Below are positions 59,215-64,000 of a stretch of DNA of 64,000 nt, one piece after another (position 1 is the stretch's first letter; every line of letters begins with the position of its first letter). This DNA comes from Eledone cirrhosa. Its lineage: Eukaryota. The position numbers were made by a program, and so were the translations under genes. The DNA lies in contig OZ024742.1 of assembly GCA_964016885.1 (NCBI GenBank), positions 161,882,001-161,946,000 on the forward strand, in the 5' to 3' direction. The notes under the pieces are model-generated. The model did no database searches. It was not told the DNA's origin and worked only from the letters and a program-made list of their open reading frames with translations.

Positions 59215-61679
59215 GTAGGAGGTGAGTTTTATTGTAGTACAATAAAGCAATGCAGATATCGGATAAGAAGCACTCTACAGTTTGTGGGACTGGAGTATGC
59301 ATAATATAAGATCAAAAGATGGTTAAAGGAGTTCCATATATTTTATTATGCGCATTTCAAAAACAAACATCATCAAACAATAATATTTGTGTTTTCATCA
59401 GATAAAACAGGAGAACATGATATGAAGGCTAAAAAACACTTGTTGATAGTGCAGTTTTAAATCAACATATGAAAAGTGGTTTTAGATTGATGTGTGATAT
59501 TGGGAAAAATATTTTATTTAGAGAGGGGGGGGGGGAAGGATGAAAAGGGAAGGAGATGAGAGGGAGAGATGGGTGATAGAGAGAAAGAGATAGTTTTTAT
59601 AACTGAGAGGAGATATATTTTATATAGAGGGGTTGAAAACCGTTGGAAGATACTGTATAAATTAAAAATTTTGAAAATTAACGAAGGGAGGATATGTGCG
59701 AGGAAAAAATATTTTATTTAGGGAGGGGGGTGGAAAGGATGAAAAGAAGGGGGAGGAGATGAGAGTGAAGGTGGAAAGGGAGAGATGGGTGATAGAGAGA
59801 AAGAGATAGTTTTTATAACTGAGAAAAAGATATAATGTTTTAATATAGAGAGGTTGGGAACCGTTGGAAGATAATGTATAAATTAAAGGAATTTGAAAAT
59901 TAACGAAGGGAAATTATGTATGAAGATAGAGAGAAAAAATAATAATAATTGTGGGTGAATATTCTAACGTCAAAAGAAGAAATGTATGTATAGTGGCAAT
60001 TTCAAAATTAGCAAAGAGAAAAATGTTAAGGTTTATGTGTAGAAGGATTTGAGAAAAATAATGTGAAGTTAAAGTTTGTATATTGAATTCATATGTATTA
60101 ATAATGAGTTCGTTGATGGGGAGAAAAAAATAATAATAAATTAAGGATGAAATTGAGATTAAAAAGATTTATGATAGAGAGAAAAAATAATAATGATTGC
60201 GGATGAATATTCAAATGACAAAAACAAAAACAAATGTTATGATTTTACGAGAAGATAGAATGAGGGTAATGAGTAAACGAGTATTATAGAGTGTATAATG
60301 CCCTTTAAAGTAAGGTAGATGGGTATATTTTAAAGAGGTGTATGTATATGTGCCTTTGAGAAAAGATTCTAAATTGATAAAGAATTTAGAATCTTTTCTC
60401 AAAGGCACATATACATACACCTCTTTAAAATATACCCATCTACCTTACTTTAAAGGGCATTATACACTCTATAATACTCGTTTACTCATTACCCTCATTC
60501 TATCTTCTCGTAAAACAATAACATTTGTTTTTGACATTTTGAATATTCATCCGCAATCATTATTATTTTTTCTCTCTATCATAAATCTTTTTAATCTCAA
60601 TTTCATCCTTAATTTATTATTATTTTTCTTAATATATACCCATATATTCTTTAAAATATACCCATCTACCTTTCTTTAAAGGGCATTATACACTCTATAA
60701 TACTCGTTTACTCATTACCCTCATTCTATCTTCTCGTAAAACAATAACATTTGTTTTTGACATTTTGAATATTCATCCGCAATCATTATTATTTTTTCTC
60801 TCTATCATAAATCTTTTTAATCTCAATTTCATCCTTAATTTATTATTATTTTTTTCTCCCCATCAACGAACTCATTATTAATACATATGAATTCAATATA
60901 CAAACTTTAACTTCACATTATTTTTCTCAAATCCTTCTACACATAAACCTTAACATTTTTCTCTTTGCTAATTTTGAAATTGCCACTATACATACATTTC
61001 TTCTTTTGACGTTAGAATATTCACCCACAATTATTATTATTTTTTCTCTCTATCTTCATACATAATTTCCCTTCGTTAATTTTCAAATTCCTTTAATTTA
61101 TACATTATCTTCCAACGGTTCCCAACCTCTCTATATTAAAACATTATATCTTTTTCTCAGTTATAAAAACTATCTCTTTCTCTCTATCACCCATCTCTCC
61201 TTTTCCACCTTCACTCTCATCTCCTCCCCCTTCTTTTCATCCTTACCCCCCCCCCTCCCTAAATAAAATATTTTTTCCTCGCACATATCCTCCCTTCGTT
61301 AATTTTCAAAATTTTTAATTTATACAGTATCTTCCAACGGTTTTCAACCCCTCTATATAAAATATATCTCCTCTCAGTTATAAAAACTATCTCTTTCTCT
61401 CTATCACCCATCTCTCCCTCTCACCTCCTTCCCTTTTCATCCTTTCCCCCCCCCCCTCTCTAAATAAAATATTTTTCCCAATATCACACATCAATCTAAA
61501 ACCACTTTTCATATGTTGATTTAAAACTGCACTATCAACAAGTGTTTTTTAGCCTTCATATCATGTTCTCCTGTTTTATCTGATGAAAACACAAATATTA
61601 TTGTTTGATGATGTTTGTTTTTGAAATGCGCATAATAAAATATAGGGAACTCCTTTAACCATCTTTTGATCTTATATTA
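59215..61679. mobile_element. Family G large palindrome: ~1.07-kb arms, 7-nt loop at 60376-60382, HHR near each outer end
   Basis: 59302-60375 mirrored by 60383-61679, with a ~200-bp duplication at ~60654-60850 in the right arm. Confidence 0.92.
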
Positions 61680-61681
61680 CA

Positions 61682-61713
<32 letters not shown>

Positions 61714-61776
61714 CATATATACATATATACATATATATATATATACATATATACATATATACATATATATATATAC

Positions 61777-61949
<173 letters not shown>

Positions 61950-61950
61950 C

Positions 61951-61981
<31 letters not shown>

Positions 61982-62064
61982 CATATATATATACATATAT
62001 ATATATATATACATATATATATACATATATATATATACACATATATATATATATACATATATAC

Positions 62065-62123
<59 letters not shown>

Positions 62124-62424
62124 CATATACATATAAACATATATACATATATACATATATATACATATACATATATATACATATATACATATATACATAT
62201 ATATATACATATATATATACATATATATATACATATATATATACATATATATATATATACATATATATAAATATATATATACATATATACATATATACAT
62301 ATATACATATATATACATATAGACATATATATACATATATATAAATATACATATATATATATATATATATATACATATATACACATATATATATATATAT
62401 ATATAAATATACATATATATATAT

Positions 62425-62491
<67 letters not shown>

Positions 62492-62550
62492 CATATATAT
62501 ATATAGAGACATATACATATATATATATATACATATATATATATACATAT

Positions 62551-64000
62551 ATCGTTTCTGAATTTGTTTAGCAAGATTCTTTATCTGAAATCGTGTGTTG
62601 AAACCGATATTGTTATACTTTGGGAGGGTCATGTTGCCAATAAGAAACACATGCACCAGTTGCTTTCACTTCAATTTATTATATATTTATAAATTTATAA
62701 ATTTATAAATTTACAAACCTACAAATTTATAATTGGTTGGTTCCACAACCAGATAGTTGTTTATATATAGTCATAGTCCTTTCGTCACACACTCTGTGAC
62801 CTCTTCAGTGACTGGGATTCCTTTCTTTGTTTCTGTGCCTTTCCTTTCTTCTGTCCTACGCCATTTTGTTTATGTGTGTGCTCAGTTTGCGCATGCGCCA
62901 CATCCGGGTGTCTGTGTGTGTTTGTTTTCATTTATCTATTAGTTTATTTATTTATTTATTTACATGTTATTGGTTGGTTGTTTGTTCTATGTGTGTGTGT
63001 GTTTTCATTTTGTCCTTAATTGTAAGTTGTGATGTTGCTGTTCCATTCATATTTTCTATTTAATTTTGGTTGTAATTCTTTTATGTTTATTGCCTCTGTA
63101 ATTTGTCTAAACATTGCATCTTTTCTGTGTGTAGATTCTATTTTTATTTCTATGTTCTCTAATTTACCCTTGTGTTCTATCTTAGCATGTTGGTAGAGTA
63201 CAGATGACTTCCAAACATCTGATCCACCGAAACTCGGCCATTTCGGACCATACCAAAATCAACATACTGATTGCGTATTTGGTACGGGTGATGCGAAATG
63301 TGTCCCGCATGTGCAACCCCGAAGAACTAGAGAGACACATACAATACTTCATCCACCGTATGCAGTTCTCTGGCTACAATCAGAGAGATGAAATCAGAGT
63401 GTATAGAGGAGCCAGAACCAAATGGGAAAAAATGGTAAATAATGACATAAATGGGACCTGCCCCTTGTATAGGAGCAAATTTTGGAATAGAATAGAAAGA
63501 ACTAGGAACAAGGCCAATAGAATAAACTCATGGTATGATAGCAATAAATACCAGAGTGTAATGTTCATCGATACAACCCCTAGAGGCGAACTAGCCTACA
63601 AATTTAGAAGGGCCCTAAATAAACATAAACTCAATATTAAGATAGTAGAAAGACCAGGTACCTCCGTAAAAACACTTATTAGCAAGACATACCCGTTTCA
63701 AAGACCCTCATGTATAGATAAGAAATGTATAACCTGTGAAATAAGCCTCCATATTAACTGTAAAACTAGAAATGTAGTGTATAGCATAAGATGTACTGAA
63801 GGACAATGTAGAAACAAAAATATAGTGTACATAGGTGAGACAGCTCGTAGTAATGGGGAAACGGATAAATGAACACTGGCGAGACCTTCAAGATAATAAA
63901 GAATCATCTGTACTCTACCAACATGCTAAGATAGAACACAAGGGTAAATTAGAGAACATAGAAATAAAAATAGAATCTACACACAGAAAAGATGCAATGT
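62551..64000 (+). mobile_element. PLE family E (relative of B): inverted pLTR 62551-63203, then thumb and GIY-YIG ORF running off the window
   Basis: ORF 63204-63872 with MQFSGY, KIVERPG, CKTRNVVYSIRC, YIGETARS; 63110-63203 is the reverse complement of 63907-64000. Confidence 0.88.
62769..62813 (-). ncRNA. Hammerhead ribozyme, family E
   Basis: Minus strand AGTCA-CTGAAGA-G-GTCACA-GAGTG-TGTGAC-GAAA-GGAC-TA-TGACT; perfect helix I and II. Confidence 0.88.

Noticed and set aside
56549-59250. Very long Y/I/M/C-rich ORFs (up to 738 aa) here and throughout the window
   Set aside because: Translations of stop-free (TA)n/(TATG)n microsatellite; not genes.

Overview
AT-rich eukaryotic (animal) DNA with no recognisable host gene. 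The repeat content resembles an octopod/mollusc-type genome, but that is an inference. The window is a dense nest of retroelements embedded in (TA)n/(TATG)n microsatellite, and nearly all long Y/I/M/C-rich ORFs in the track are translations of that microsatellite. It contains at least five Penelope-like element (PLE) families with RT and/or GIY-YIG domains (two Naiad-like), CR1/L2-group LINEs, RTE LINEs (one with three C-terminal C2H2 fingers), tRNA-derived SINEs and small MITE-like elements. Three results stand out. (1) A ~26-kb palindrome (arms 28409-38015 and 39303-54241) is centred on a near-complete Naiad-like PLE and extends ~8 kb beyond that element. (2) Minimal hammerhead-ribozyme (HHR) folds can be read in about 8 unrelated repeat families. 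(3) Several ORF-less HHR-bearing units occur as fold-back hairpins or as circularly permuted tandem arrays (retrozyme-like). All alignments and folds were read by eye, and family letters (A-K) are my own labels.
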